Virus record (IMG/VR): IMGVR_UViG_3300042887_004758
Coordinates: 1 to 64,000 of that record
Direction: 5' to 3' (one strand)
Origin: a virus
DNA length: 64,000 nt
Numbering within the stretch: position 1 is the first letter of the stretch; every line of letters begins with the position of its first letter. The position numbers were made by a program, and so were the translations under genes. The notes under the pieces are model-generated. The model made no database searches, had not been told where the DNA came from, and was given only the letters and a program-made list of their open reading frames with translations. Of this stretch, positions 45,785 through 56,550 are shown one piece after another.

Positions 45785-47721
45785 GTTACTTTACCATATA
45801 GTTTAGCTGGACCCAAAAAACCACCCGCAGTAGGTACTAATGGTGTAAGTTCATTTCCAAAATTTACTGTTGAAATTTGAACTTTTGAGTTTTCATCCAT
45901 TTCTTTTTTATATGCCCTCATTTGTGAGAAAGCATCTATCAAACCTAAATTTGGTGATCCATCAGGCATATCCCCGTTTGGGAATCCTAGTTTGTCTCTC
46001 TGTTCAATGTGATTTGAAAAAGCTCTGATTTCGGAAAATCCTTCCAACAAACCGGCAAAAGCAAGTGCGGGAAGAGGTATATCCAGTTTAGGGGCCAACA
46101 ATCTCAAAAGTGTTAATAACTCGTCAACTATACTTCTACACCTTTTGTAGTCACGAATCAAATTTACTAAAACAAAAGCAATAGAAAGTAATTTAGTGAT
46201 GATTACTATATATGAATTCTTAACTGATTTACTTATTTCTTTATTTAAGGAAGTAATGAGTTTGTAAATTTGTTTTTTTATTATTATAACTAAAACTTCT
46301 TTGAATTTTGCTTGAATTTCAGCAATCAAAGTGATCATGATATTTCTCATGTTGTCCAAGAAACTTTGGAAATCTTCTACTAAATCGACAAAATTTTGTT
46401 TTAATGCTTTGAACATTATAAAAATCGGCAACAAAACTTTAGGACTAATCAAAGACATAACAATAGTTTTGGGGAGTTGCCTCAGTACTTCTAAGTTTAG
46501 AACCGCATTAAAGTCAATTGTAGGAAGATTTTGTGACCACTCGGGGTTTTGTGCGGTTTCTTTAATATATTCTAAGAGTTCTTCTTGCAGTTGTTCATCA
46601 GTTTTATTTGAAGGGTTTTCCCAAATATTTGAAATATTAGTAATAATTTGATTGTAATCGACAGGTAATTTAACAGTATCACAACCCTCGAATTCAGAGA
46701 CTCGATTCATTACGTTATTGACCTCATTTTCTACATCTCTCAACTCAAATTCGGATAATTCAAAAAAAGAATCATCGATTTCCTCCAAAACAGAAATTTT
46801 AGAAGTTCCACCCACCTCAATTTCTTGAGTATTGTCAAAACATAGTCCAAGTATTCTCTGTATTATTTTCAATGAAACCGAAACATCCTCCAATTTTTTT
46901 TGACCAACATTCAATGACATATCAAGACATCCTGTAAGTAAGTTCATGATATTTTTGGCTATGTCCGTAAATTCAAAAATTTGGACACTTTGATAATAAT
47001 CAACTAAAAAGTCAGAAACGGTAGTAGGTGAGTTGAGTTTAGGTTGAAGTGTTATTTCATAAAAATCACCAAAATTACCAGTGTTAAGATCTTGAGTAAC
47101 ATATTTTATATCAAAAAGATCTTGACCTGAATTTCCTTTATAAAATTGACCATATTGTTCCGAATAACTTTGACTACTTAAAGTTCGATTATATAATTCT
47201 CTATTCATCGAAAATGGATTATTTTGAATAGAAAGAGGATCTTTTTCGTACAAAATTTTAGTTTGATTATCGTCGGGTGAATATTTTAAATAATCTAACA
47301 GGTCAATAGATTCGAGTTTTATGTATATTTTTTCGTTTGGAACATACTGTTGTTCTTGGTCACACCCTAAAGCTTTGATGGTAGAATCGGTAAGAAGTGT
47401 GGGGAGTTGATTTTTGACTTCTCTTGCCGCGTCCAACATGGCTTTCAATAAAATATCCAAAGTTTCACTTCCCGTCTCTGGATTTCTTACCAATTCTAAT
47501 AGCTGATCGTATTGGTTTTTTACCTTAGAAGAATTAAACTTTTGTGTTGCATTCTCTTTAGCGGAATTCAGTGTTTCAGAAAAAAACTTATTACTGGCAC
47601 TTTCAGCGTCACCAAGTCTTGTTTCTATTGAACTTATTTGTTTGAGTATTTTTTTACTGGTCTGACCACTTTTGATCTTACTCTTAATCTGATCGAAGTC
47701 ACCGCTTAAATCAAGTGCCAT
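45781..47721 (-). CDS. large hypothetical protein
   Basis: 646-aa ORF. Confidence 0.75.
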   Translation of the reverse strand: MALDLSGDFDQIKSKIKSGQTSKKILKQISSIETRLGDAESASNKFFSETLNSAKENATQKFNSSKVKNQYDQLLELVRNPETGSETLDILLKAMLDAAREVKNQLPTLLTDSTIKALGCDQEQQYVPNEKIYIKLESIDLLDYLKYSPDDNQTKILYEKDPLSIQNNPFSMNRELYNRTLSSQSYSEQYGQFYKGNSGQDLFDIKYVTQDLNTGNFGDFYEITLQPKLNSPTTVSDFLVDYYQSVQIFEFTDIAKNIMNLLTGCLDMSLNVGQKKLEDVSVSLKIIQRILGLCFDNTQEIEVGGTSKISVLEEIDDSFFELSEFELRDVENEVNNVMNRVSEFEGCDTVKLPVDYNQIITNISNIWENPSNKTDEQLQEELLEYIKETAQNPEWSQNLPTIDFNAVLNLEVLRQLPKTIVMSLISPKVLLPIFIMFKALKQNFVDLVEDFQSFLDNMRNIMITLIAEIQAKFKEVLVIIIKKQIYKLITSLNKEISKSVKNSYIVIITKLLSIAFVLVNLIRDYKRCRSIVDELLTLLRLLAPKLDIPLPALAFAGLLEGFSEIRAFSNHIEQRDKLGFPNGDMPDGSPNLGLIDAFSQMRAYKKEMDENSKVQISTVNFGNELTPLVPTAGGFLGPAKLYGKVT

Positions 47722-48092
47722 TACTTAAGATGATATTTACCATCATCAAGTTTGTCAATGTCTTTTCCGATTAAATTTTGAAGAACATCATCATCAATTT
47801 CACTTAAACTGAAATTTTCTTCACTTTGGTTGTTAGATTTTTCCCAAATCTGAGATTGAAGTTTTGACAAACTTAATTTTTTCTCGATGGTGTCATTTAT
47901 TATTTTTTGTTGTTCTTTAATAATTGGACCTAACACAGTCAAATCTTCAGGATCTTTCATCATTGAAGCCATCTTGTTCTGAAGTCTAACTGCAGTATTT
48001 CTTTGTTCAACCAACTCGTTGTAAATTTCTTGCATCAATCCCAAGATTGAATCTTTGGATAATTTGATTTCTTTTCTGCGTGGTTTTGTCAT
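47721..48092 (-). CDS. coiled-coil hypothetical protein
   Basis: Coupled ORF. Confidence 0.7.
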   Translation of the reverse strand: MTKPRRKEIKLSKDSILGLMQEIYNELVEQRNTAVRLQNKMASMMKDPEDLTVLGPIIKEQQKIINDTIEKKLSLSKLQSQIWEKSNNQSEENFSLSEIDDDVLQNLIGKDIDKLDDGKYHLK

Positions 48093-48100
48093 ATCTATAA

Positions 48101-48844
48101 TTATTCAGAATTCAATTTATTTAAGAATTCATAATACAGATGACGGTACTTTTTGATTGAACTCCTGACTTCTTTTGTGGACATGTTTGTCATTTCTCTT
48201 ATTGAAAGAAGTATGACGTTTTTATTGAATTTGTTGTTGTCGTTACCCAAGAAAACTCTCTCATAGTTTTTCAATAATTCAACAAGAGCATATCCCAACT
48301 TTATTTCATTTGTATTGAGATCAGATTTTTCAATAAAATCTTCAAGTTTTTCAACATACATATCAATGACTTCGGTCGTTTCTACATTTTCATATTCTAA
48401 ATAATAAATCAAGTCAGGTCTATTCTCTAAATTACTTGAAATATCCTCATATGAAATTCTTCTATTCTGATCTTTTTGGTCTTTTATGATCTGACCCATC
48501 AAATAGTTTTTACATATGGTTCCGAAATAAGAATATGCTTTTTTGTTTTTTTCAGGTTGAAATTTATCAACTTTGGTCAATAAAAAAGAATGCGTATCAC
48601 TATGGATGTCATTAAAATCCATATCTTTTCTGTATAACTTATATCGTCTTATGATTGATGAAATCATCTTATCCAATGGTGCGTGGAGAAACTCATCGTA
48701 GATTTTGTTTTTTTCACCCCACGTTTCGGCCTGAAGGAACATACGAACTGCATGTTCCTCCCTCTCGGCGAAATAATTTTTTTCTTTGGGTTTACGTCCC
48801 TTCTTAACTTTTTCAGTTTCCGTTACTGCTGACGTTGGATTCAT
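48101..48844 (-). CDS. putative late sigma factor (T4 gp55-like)
   Basis: NYF, KF.PEK..KAYSYFGTI.KN resembles sigma region 2 of gp55-type proteins. Confidence 0.65.
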   Translation of the reverse strand: MNPTSAVTETEKVKKGRKPKEKNYFAEREEHAVRMFLQAETWGEKNKIYDEFLHAPLDKMISSIIRRYKLYRKDMDFNDIHSDTHSFLLTKVDKFQPEKNKKAYSYFGTICKNYLMGQIIKDQKDQNRRISYEDISSNLENRPDLIYYLEYENVETTEVIDMYVEKLEDFIEKSDLNTNEIKLGYALVELLKNYERVFLGNDNNKFNKNVILLSIREMTNMSTKEVRSSIKKYRHLYYEFLNKLNSE

Positions 48845-49652
48845 CCACTAATTCAGGTTCGTATTTTATTTCCCTATCCTGAATGAAGAAGTATTCCTTT
48901 TTGGCAACTTCTAACCAAAACTTAGCTTCATCAGGACTTAAAGGACTTTCACCGAACTTATAATTCCAAAAAATGGATCCTAACCTCATATTCGTATGTT
49001 TGTAACCAATCTTAGGGATGGTTCTTATAATTGCGGAATTATATGTCATTCTCATTAAGAATTCATACACAAATGTTAACTTCATCGACTCTTTAAATCC
49101 TCCATAATCCAAGAATGTTTCTTTTCTAATAACCATCCCACTACTTTGGAAGTTCTGAAAACGAGCGAGTAACTCGTTTGTAACTATACCGTAATCCAAA
49201 TTAAAGTTTGCGGCAAAGGTTGCTTCGTTGGTGAAACCAGCAAATTGGTTTTTGTCATCGACATCAACAACTACAGGCAAAAATGCTTGAGAGTCAGGAT
49301 ATGCTTCTTTATAGATTTCTACATTTTTGAACCAAATTGCGGAATATTCATCATCGAATTCACAAAAAGAAACCCACTCGTTAGTTGCTTTTGACACACC
49401 ATAGTTTATTTGTGCTTGAAATGATGGTTCACCTTCATAAGTCTCGATTTTGACTATATTTTGTAAGTCTCCGAAATCATAATCTGTCAAAAATAACTGA
49501 AGTGATTCTTCGGCGGTGGGGACGATTATGAATTCTGTTGGTAATACCTTTTGTTTTTGTATTGATTCAACAAGTTTTGAAAAAAAATCCGAAAAGTCTT
49601 TTGTTTTGGATGACTTGATCGGTAATATTATTGTAGTATTTGATGTACTCAT
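48813..49652 (-). CDS. glycosyltransferase family 2-like
   Basis: TIILP, IN.G, EFDD, GGF. Confidence 0.75.
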   Translation of the reverse strand: MSTSNTTIILPIKSSKTKDFSDFFSKLVESIQKQKVLPTEFIIVPTAEESLQLFLTDYDFGDLQNIVKIETYEGEPSFQAQINYGVSKATNEWVSFCEFDDEYSAIWFKNVEIYKEAYPDSQAFLPVVVDVDDKNQFAGFTNEATFAANFNLDYGIVTNELLARFQNFQSSGMVIRKETFLDYGGFKESMKLTFVYEFLMRMTYNSAIIRTIPKIGYKHTNMRLGSIFWNYKFGESPLSPDEAKFWLEVAKKEYFFIQDREIKYEPELVDESNVSSNGN

Positions 49653-50713
49653 AGTTCAGCTTCTACTGGTTTAAGTTTATCTAATTGTTGTTCCAATGAT
49701 TCAACTCGATTAGAAACATATTCTTGAAATAATTTATTCGAAAGAGTTACGAACTCTTCATGATTCTGATATTTTTTGGCAGTGTCCAAACCTTCTTGTA
49801 TTAAAGTTTCCGACACATTATCTTCTAACCAATTTTTAATATATTCTGCCAAGATATCAACCAAATCAAAATTATTTGTTGTCCAAATACCATTCTTCTC
49901 ATTAATCCATTCAGGTTCGATATAGGGAATTCTTCCAATGACTGGTGTACCCACAGACATTGACTCCAACGGATATGTTCCAAAAGATGATTTTTCATCT
50001 ATCCAAACAGAAACACATGCGTCTCGGAGTGGTTCATAAAATTGATCTTGATTCATAGATCTCATATCACGGAATGTAAACCAACGGTATTGAGGATATT
50101 TCTGATAGAAAATTTTAATCAAATTCAAAGAGTCTCTCTGTTCTCTTGAGTGAATCGCAATAATTGGTTTTGCTGGTTTATCTTTTTCGGTTGCGTATTT
50201 TGATAGAGGAACGGGTAAAACATCAACAGACACACTTCTGAAAATATCTCTTACCTTTTCAGCTAAAATTTCTGAAGTGGTCAAACACTTGTACACTCCA
50301 AATCCATTCCAACTTTGACCTGGTTTGAGAGTCTCGAATACATGATCATATGCTTGTGTGAGAATAATTTTACCACATGGAAGATTTTGAACCTGTTCGA
50401 TGATATATCCCAATAACTCAGGAATAATCAAAAAATCCTCAACCCCAACCTGTAAATTCTGACCATTTACATAATTTTCTTCGAGATCCTCGTATCCTTC
50501 ACCCAACCATGTTTTGTGTGATGTATATCCTTTTTCTTCAAACAAAATGATTGCATTTTTTCCATTTTGTTTCAAAGCATTCGCCAAATCATAAATGTAT
50601 TTTATTGATGCTTTGGGATTTCCTTTTGTATCTTGCACAAAAAAATAAAACTTATTAGTTCCGTTCTTAAGTGCTAAAATAGTTTTCTCTATTTTTACTA
50701 TATTATCTGTCAT
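49649..50713 (-). CDS. GT-B glycosyltransferase
   Basis: IIPE; SFGTYPLESM..GTPVIG. Confidence 0.75.
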   Translation of the reverse strand: MTDNIVKIEKTILALKNGTNKFYFFVQDTKGNPKASIKYIYDLANALKQNGKNAIILFEEKGYTSHKTWLGEGYEDLEENYVNGQNLQVGVEDFLIIPELLGYIIEQVQNLPCGKIILTQAYDHVFETLKPGQSWNGFGVYKCLTTSEILAEKVRDIFRSVSVDVLPVPLSKYATEKDKPAKPIIAIHSREQRDSLNLIKIFYQKYPQYRWFTFRDMRSMNQDQFYEPLRDACVSVWIDEKSSFGTYPLESMSVGTPVIGRIPYIEPEWINEKNGIWTTNNFDLVDILAEYIKNWLEDNVSETLIQEGLDTAKKYQNHEEFVTLSNKLFQEYVSNRVESLEQQLDKLKPVEAEL

Positions 50714-51011
50714 CGTCTTCTGTTTTTTTCAATATATTATCTTTAACTAAGGTATTAAATGCTAATTTAAAATCTATAGGAACATCACTTCCTCTCATCC
50801 CCATATTTTCATCGATATCTTCTTTCTCTGTTAATAAAACTTCAATCAAAAATTTGTAAACTTCGTAACTTACAACATTTATTGAAATTTTTTCATCAAC
50901 ATCGGCTCCATCTTCTTCTGTAATGACTTGTGTTGGTTTTGCGTCAATACGAAGTTTCGCATCTAGATGATTTAAATCTAAATACCATTCATCTCCAAAA
51001 ATTTTAAACAT
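50703..51011 (-). CDS. hypothetical protein
   Basis: Coupled ORF. Confidence 0.7.
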   Translation of the reverse strand: MFKIFGDEWYLDLNHLDAKLRIDAKPTQVITEEDGADVDEKISINVVSYEVYKFLIEVLLTEKEDIDENMGMRGSDVPIDFKLAFNTLVKDNILKKTEDDDR

Positions 51012-51612
51012 TAATTATATTATTTTTATAAAAATTTATAAATTCTTCTAAAGAGTAAATCCTTTTACCGTATTCATAAGATGAGTTTTGTTCGTTACTA
51101 AATAAAACTACATTCGGAATCCAGTTTTTATAATCGTTTATTAGTGAGGTGTTACAAGTTACCAACACATCGACATCTTTCAAAATACGATCAATAGTTT
51201 TATCATTGTAGAATAATATCTCCTCAATTTCACATCCAAATTTAGACAGAAAAAATAAAGTGGAGGGTTTAGATCTACCGATTTCATCTGAAACAATAAT
51301 TATTTGATTGTCATCTCGTAGTTCTTTATAGATTTGGTTCAGAACTTGAAATGTATTCATTTCTGTTGATGGGGCATGACCAAAAATAGTCATTGGGTTT
51401 TCTATATAAATAAATTCATACAGTTCATCGTCAGATTGAAACTTGAAATGATCTTTAATAATTTCAGTGTTGATGGGTCGTACTATTTCGTATTGGAATT
51501 GTTCTTCCTCTTCACCAACCTCTAACTCATCTATCAAATATTTCTCATATGTAGATTCCAATTTTTTAATGGTGTCCCGAAGAACACCATTTACTTCGAA
51601 AGCGATCCTCAT
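51004..51612 (-). CDS. HAD-like (5'-nucleotidase-type) protein, catalytic motif degenerate
   Basis: RIAFEVNGVL in place of DxDGVL. Confidence 0.6.
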   Translation of the reverse strand: MRIAFEVNGVLRDTIKKLESTYEKYLIDELEVGEEEEQFQYEIVRPINTEIIKDHFKFQSDDELYEFIYIENPMTIFGHAPSTEMNTFQVLNQIYKELRDDNQIIIVSDEIGRSKPSTLFFLSKFGCEIEEILFYNDKTIDRILKDVDVLVTCNTSLINDYKNWIPNVVLFSNEQNSSYEYGKRIYSLEEFINFYKNNIINV

Positions 51613-52361
51613 TCTTCGTATTTATCTAATATTTTATTGATCAGGGGATTACGAATAATGTCTTTATTGTCAAAACTAAATACACCAATATCTTCAACAT
51701 TTTGGAATTTGACCAAAGCGTCGTATAATCCCGAATGAGTTTTATCCTTGTATCTATCAGTCTGTTCTAAGTCGCCCGAGATAAAAAATTTACTATTGAA
51801 TCCAATACGAGTAAGAAGAAGTTTCATTTGTTTTGGAGTGGCATTTTGACCTTCTTCAAATATTAGAATTGAGTTGTCAATATTCATACCCCTCATGTAC
51901 GCCAAGGCAAAGACCTCAATTACCTCTACTTCTTTCAATTTTTCTCTAGCTTCTTTACCAATGATCTTATTCATTAAGTAATAACTCGGAAAGATGTAGG
52001 GATCAAGTTTTTCTTCTACATTACCAGGTAATGATCCTAATTTTTCTTCAGCTTCAACGGCTGGTCTTACTATTATAATTTTCTCATAACCATTTTCAGG
52101 GTCACAAAGTAAATCAATAGCCGCTCTCATAGCAACAAAAGATTTCCCAACACCAGCCGGACCTGAACAAATCGTGATCTGATTGTTACAAAGAATATCA
52201 TAATAATCTTTTTGTGAATCAGTCAAAAACTTTTTTCTTGGTCTTTTAGTGACTATAGAATTTATTAATTCTTTCTTGTTTACATAAACCTCTCTTGGTT
52301 TAGTATCTTCTTTTTTTCTTTGTGTTCTTGTTTTTTTATACTCCTGTTGACCCGAATCCAT
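51609..52361 (-). CDS. phoH: PhoH-family ATPase
   Basis: GPAGVGKS, LGSLPG, YMRG, EEGQN, LTRIG, GDLEQ.D, IRN. Confidence 0.92.
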   Translation of the reverse strand: MDSGQQEYKKTRTQRKKEDTKPREVYVNKKELINSIVTKRPRKKFLTDSQKDYYDILCNNQITICSGPAGVGKSFVAMRAAIDLLCDPENGYEKIIIVRPAVEAEEKLGSLPGNVEEKLDPYIFPSYYLMNKIIGKEAREKLKEVEVIEVFALAYMRGMNIDNSILIFEEGQNATPKQMKLLLTRIGFNSKFFISGDLEQTDRYKDKTHSGLYDALVKFQNVEDIGVFSFDNKDIIRNPLINKILDKYEE

Positions 52362-52905
52362 TCGCGTTTCTATCTTTATCGTTTATTTCGTTGACTTTGG
52401 TAAGATTAACTGAATCACCATTTAACACAGGTGCCATTACCGCTTGAGCAACTTTCATTCCTTTGTGTATTGTAATGTCCATCGTACTGTTATTCATTAA
52501 TATAACCTTTATTTCACCATTGTAACCAGAATCGACAGTTCCTGGAGAATTTAAGACGGAAATACCTTTATTAAGGGCAAGACCACTTTTGGATCTTACT
52601 TGAATTTCATATCCATAAGGAATATCGAAATATAGTCCTGTTGGGACAATAGACCATGATTTAGCCGATATGGTCACTTCAACATTTGATAGTAGATCAA
52701 AACCTGAATCACTTCCATAATTGTAAAAAGGGTCAGGGTTGTCTGATTTATTTACAAAAGACAAAGCGATTTTAGGTTTATAATCTTTTATCTGTTGTTC
52801 CAACAAAGACATGGTTTCTTGCATTTTTGACTGATCGGCTGACATATCCATCAATTCTTTTAGTGCCGACATTGTACTTGTAAAATTTTTAATCTCTTTA
52901 ATCAT
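52336..52905 (-). CDS. dut: dUTPase (trimeric)
   Basis: SGFDL, RSKSGLA, GTVDSGY.GE, AQ, R...GFGSTG. Confidence 0.92.
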   Translation of the reverse strand: MIKEIKNFTSTMSALKELMDMSADQSKMQETMSLLEQQIKDYKPKIALSFVNKSDNPDPFYNYGSDSGFDLLSNVEVTISAKSWSIVPTGLYFDIPYGYEIQVRSKSGLALNKGISVLNSPGTVDSGYNGEIKVILMNNSTMDITIHKGMKVAQAVMAPVLNGDSVNLTKVNEINDKDRNANGFGSTGV

Positions 52906-53606
52906 TTTAAATCAAATATTTTTTTAATTATGTGAGCAAGTGCCACTGTATCTTTTTCACAATACTCACCAATCGTTTCAAGATTTTTGGTTTTGTAATA
53001 ATATTCATTAAGATTTTCACCTGTTACTTCACTGTCTTTGGGAGATTCAATTCCCATACTTACACACAAGAGATCCAAAGAACCAATTGAATAAGGATTA
53101 TTATAATTCCACAAATCTTTAGTATCAATTGCTTTTACTTCCCAAGGCTTTGTATTGTAAATTGGAAATATTTTTGGTGGTTTCATGTCGTTGATTACGA
53201 ATCTTTTACCGAGTGTTGGGATATCAAAAAGTTTGATATTATGACCACACATGTAAAAATCCAATCTTTCAATACGATTAAAAAGATTTCTAATTTCAGT
53301 CAGAAGTTCAACCTCGTTGTGGTTAGTAAAGGTTGTTCTATGAAGTTCTTTTTTAGTATCATAAAAACAAAAAGAGGCCGCAACAACTCTTGAAAATTCA
53401 GGAACAAGGGCTGCACGTTTGAAGTAGGTTTCTTCGGGTGAAATATCGCCATCTTCAGGGTACCTTCGTTTGAAGAAATCAATATAATCCAAAAAAACTT
53501 TATGTAACTTTGGTTTTTGTTTCTTTAACTCGGACAAAGTTTCAAATTCAGATACTGTTTCAATATCAAAAAACAGGATCTTGTCAAGTGGTTTATCTAA
53601 TGTCAT
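52902..53606 (-). CDS. PolB-related 3'-5' exonuclease
   Basis: FDIETV, GHNIK.FDIP, YCEKD. Confidence 0.85.
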   Translation of the reverse strand: MTLDKPLDKILFFDIETVSEFETLSELKKQKPKLHKVFLDYIDFFKRRYPEDGDISPEETYFKRAALVPEFSRVVAASFCFYDTKKELHRTTFTNHNEVELLTEIRNLFNRIERLDFYMCGHNIKLFDIPTLGKRFVINDMKPPKIFPIYNTKPWEVKAIDTKDLWNYNNPYSIGSLDLLCVSMGIESPKDSEVTGENLNEYYYKTKNLETIGEYCEKDTVALAHIIKKIFDLK

Positions 53607-54817
53607 AATGAATTATAGAAATTTCTTCTGTTTTCGGAAAGTACTTTCAAATGATATTTTTCATTTACAGTTTCATAGAGTTGCTCACCCAAATCTTCAA
53701 CCCAACTCGGATTTTCGATCAGTTTTTTCATGAACTTACTCCAATCTTTGTGGTTCTTGTATTCATCAACCAAGAGTCCATTTGCGCCTTTGACAAATTC
53801 ACCGTTATTCAATCCGTGTTTAATGTCAATTGTATAAGGACCGATATTGGATGCGATAATTGCCTTCTTGTAGAACCCCGCTTCAATGACTTTGAGTTGT
53901 GACTTCATCCGATTGAACATCGTATTCTTAATCGGTGCAAGTGATACGTCAAATTTACTGTAGTTCTTGGCATATGAAGTGACAGGTGCGGTCCAAACCC
54001 TTGTATAGAAAGGATCGGGTTCATCCATATAATCTTCCTGTTTCCATTTCATCAAAAATTCTTTTTGTTTTTCAGAAACATATTTGTAGTTTGATGTAAA
54101 AATCTTTTCATATTTAGCCCAAACAGTTTCTTCGGGAAGGATGGGTCTTTGTTTTTGTGTACCCGTTGCTTTATCAATCTCAGTCACTGTTCCACGAGTA
54201 TCAAAACCACAAATGTACAGACGATATTTGTCTTTCAAGTCAGAAATTTTATCAAATGTGCCATCCAAAATCATAAGGTCGTGTAAGTGAGATGACCCAC
54301 CCAACCATCCAAATCTGACTTTATCGGATGGGATTGTTTTCTCTTTGAATTGTGGTTCTTCTGGATCGATTCCGTTTGGAATGACGTGAACATTCTTGTT
54401 AATAGTTTTTCTAATTTCATTAGCAAAAATATCAGTGGTGGTGGTCACCCACTCCGCTTCACGTAGATTATTAACAATTATTTTATCAAACTTTCTTTCA
54501 ACAACCATTGCGTGAGCAGGGTGTTCCATACCCGGCATCCAATAATCGTCAATATCACAGACAGTTTTAATACCCATCTGTTTGAGTTGTCCGATTACTT
54601 CTCTTGATTTTTCATAGTTTGTGTTAAGTGATCTATGAAATGATACAATATCATAATTTTTGAAGAAATTCAAATCGTCAATACTGATATCGTACATAAT
54701 ATCAATATGGAATTCGTCGGGATATTGCTGTTGTAGATAAGTGTGTGGTTGAACAGAACGAAACTTACCAACACCTGTTCTGTCGCTCGGTAATACTAAA
54801 ATTCGTTTTTTTGACAT
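53603..54817 (-). CDS. GT-B glycosyltransferase
   Basis: DIDDYW, GWLGGSSH..DL, FN..KSQLK.IEAG. Confidence 0.85.
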   Translation of the reverse strand: MSKKRILVLPSDRTGVGKFRSVQPHTYLQQQYPDEFHIDIMYDISIDDLNFFKNYDIVSFHRSLNTNYEKSREVIGQLKQMGIKTVCDIDDYWMPGMEHPAHAMVVERKFDKIIVNNLREAEWVTTTTDIFANEIRKTINKNVHVIPNGIDPEEPQFKEKTIPSDKVRFGWLGGSSHLHDLMILDGTFDKISDLKDKYRLYICGFDTRGTVTEIDKATGTQKQRPILPEETVWAKYEKIFTSNYKYVSEKQKEFLMKWKQEDYMDEPDPFYTRVWTAPVTSYAKNYSKFDVSLAPIKNTMFNRMKSQLKVIEAGFYKKAIIASNIGPYTIDIKHGLNNGEFVKGANGLLVDEYKNHKDWSKFMKKLIENPSWVEDLGEQLYETVNEKYHLKVLSENRRNFYNSL

Positions 54818-54863
54818 ATTTTTTTATTGAAAGTATAATTAAAAACTCTCAATAAAAAAAGGG

Positions 54864-55436
54864 TTACTTAAGTTTTTTGATACTTGTAATCTTACCTTCA
54901 AAAATATGTTTACCTACCGAAAGCTTCATTGTTTCGTTAGTAACCTTGGATTCAGAGATCATTCCTTTTATATCACCAAATTCTTCTTTGATAACATCTC
55001 TAACTGTATCTCTCACTAAATTTCTGATCATAGTCTTGAAACTTTCATCAATAATCGGACTTTGTGATGATTGTTTTTTGGGTTGAGTCCCTGATTGACT
55101 TTGAATTAATTTCGCAGCACCTTCAATAATTTCATCTGGTAATGTTGCACTGTATGAGTCAGGTTTTGCTATAGGATTTTCAATCATCAATCTTTTGATT
55201 TCATCAGGAAGATTCGAGCTCATAATTCTTTGTTCGTTGATCTCTGGCTCCGATACTTTGGGTTGCGCGGGAATGTTGTATATTGGTTCTTTATATTCTG
55301 ACGGGATATTGATGTTTGGAGATTGTCTAACCTCACCACGACCCATATTGTCGTGTCTCTCCATTATTTTTTTGGAAACTGCCAATTTCTGCATCAGGGA
55401 ATTCATATCGTTTGACATCTTAATTAAATTTTGCAT
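54864..55436 (-). CDS. hypothetical protein
   Basis: ORF in operon. Confidence 0.7.
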   Translation of the reverse strand: MQNLIKMSNDMNSLMQKLAVSKKIMERHDNMGRGEVRQSPNINIPSEYKEPIYNIPAQPKVSEPEINEQRIMSSNLPDEIKRLMIENPIAKPDSYSATLPDEIIEGAAKLIQSQSGTQPKKQSSQSPIIDESFKTMIRNLVRDTVRDVIKEEFGDIKGMISESKVTNETMKLSVGKHIFEGKITSIKKLK

Positions 55437-55806
55437 TTTTAAATACTCTCGTCATAGATTTGTCACCGTTTGGGTTATAACCTGGACGAGCCTCAGTAAA
55501 TTTATCACCTGTTAGATTAAAAGAAAATGTTTTAGGTACAATAAATAAACGCCAACCTGGTAAGGGTTGTTTACCTATTGTAGATGTATGTGATGCACCC
55601 TCTCTTTCCCAAGCTCTCAACACCAAATTTCCTTTTTTTGATATTCCTAAACATACTGGTTCGAGTTCTCTCAATCCTTTACCTCCCGGTTCATCACCAT
55701 CATAGTTTATGACAATAATATTTTTATTGCGTATTGCGTCTATAAGGTCTTTTTGGGACGCGACCTCAAGAATAATTTGTTTTTTTAATATCTCTAATAA
55801 CTTCAT
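55420..55806 (-). CDS. WYL-like domain protein
   Basis: I.Y......R..EP..LG.....LRAW......WRLF. Confidence 0.7.
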   Translation of the reverse strand: MKLLEILKKQIILEVASQKDLIDAIRNKNIIVINYDGDEPGGKGLRELEPVCLGISKKGNLVLRAWEREGASHTSTIGKQPLPGWRLFIVPKTFSFNLTGDKFTEARPGYNPNGDKSMTRVFKNAKFN

Positions 55807-56099
55807 TATTCAGGAATAGTATAACCTTTGTCCTTGTTATACTTATTGATCTTGATGTTATTTGTTCTTTCAGCAGTATCTAATGAAGTACCGGCTTGAA
55901 CATTATAAACATCCAAGTAAAATCCAGTTCCTCTTCCGATATCATCACCATCAGCAAGAGCGTCAGGGTGAACGGATGAATAACTCTGTGAACGAGGTGA
56001 GAAATCATTTCTTGGGAATAATATACCTCTTTGTTGTTCAGCGATTTTACTCAATTCATTTGCAGGTTGTGCAAAATCTAATCTATCATTTGCTTCCAT
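55806..56099 (-). CDS. hypothetical protein
   Basis: ORF in operon. Confidence 0.65.
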   Translation of the reverse strand: MEANDRLDFAQPANELSKIAEQQRGILFPRNDFSPRSQSYSSVHPDALADGDDIGRGTGFYLDVYNVQAGTSLDTAERTNNIKINKYNKDKGYTIPE

Positions 56100-56550
56100 A
56101 ATTTATTAATTTTTTTATTCTGTTTATTTCCTCATTTATATTTTCAGGGGCAAGTTGTTTAAAGTGACTCTGATGTGTATTGTCAGATGCATTTGGAACT
56201 ATAGGATTGAGATCTGTATCAGGTTTTGTATGTTTTTGAATAATGGATGACTTCTTATCTTTTTCTCTCATAGACTGAAGTATACCAGTAACCCAACTCC
56301 TCATTTTATCTCCTCCGAGAAGTTCAAACGACAATCCTTCTTTCGGGTTGGTTTTGAACCAATTTTGAATTCTCTCCAAGTTTTGGAATGTCAACATACC
56401 CTTCTTTACCAAGTCCAAATTTCTTTTCCACCCTTGAGTTTGAGATAATTCCTCTTTGGATTTTCCCGCACCGAGTTTTTGTTTCTCTTTTAGAAGACTT
56501 ATAAGTTCTTGTGGAACCTTTATTTGTTTTCCGTAGAGTGAACTATTCAT
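56086..56550 (-). CDS. hypothetical protein
   Basis: C-terminal INEEINRIKKLI motif shared with putative virion proteins. Confidence 0.65.
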   Translation of the reverse strand: MNSSLYGKQIKVPQELISLLKEKQKLGAGKSKEELSQTQGWKRNLDLVKKGMLTFQNLERIQNWFKTNPKEGLSFELLGGDKMRSWVTGILQSMREKDKKSSIIQKHTKPDTDLNPIVPNASDNTHQSHFKQLAPENINEEINRIKKLINYGSK

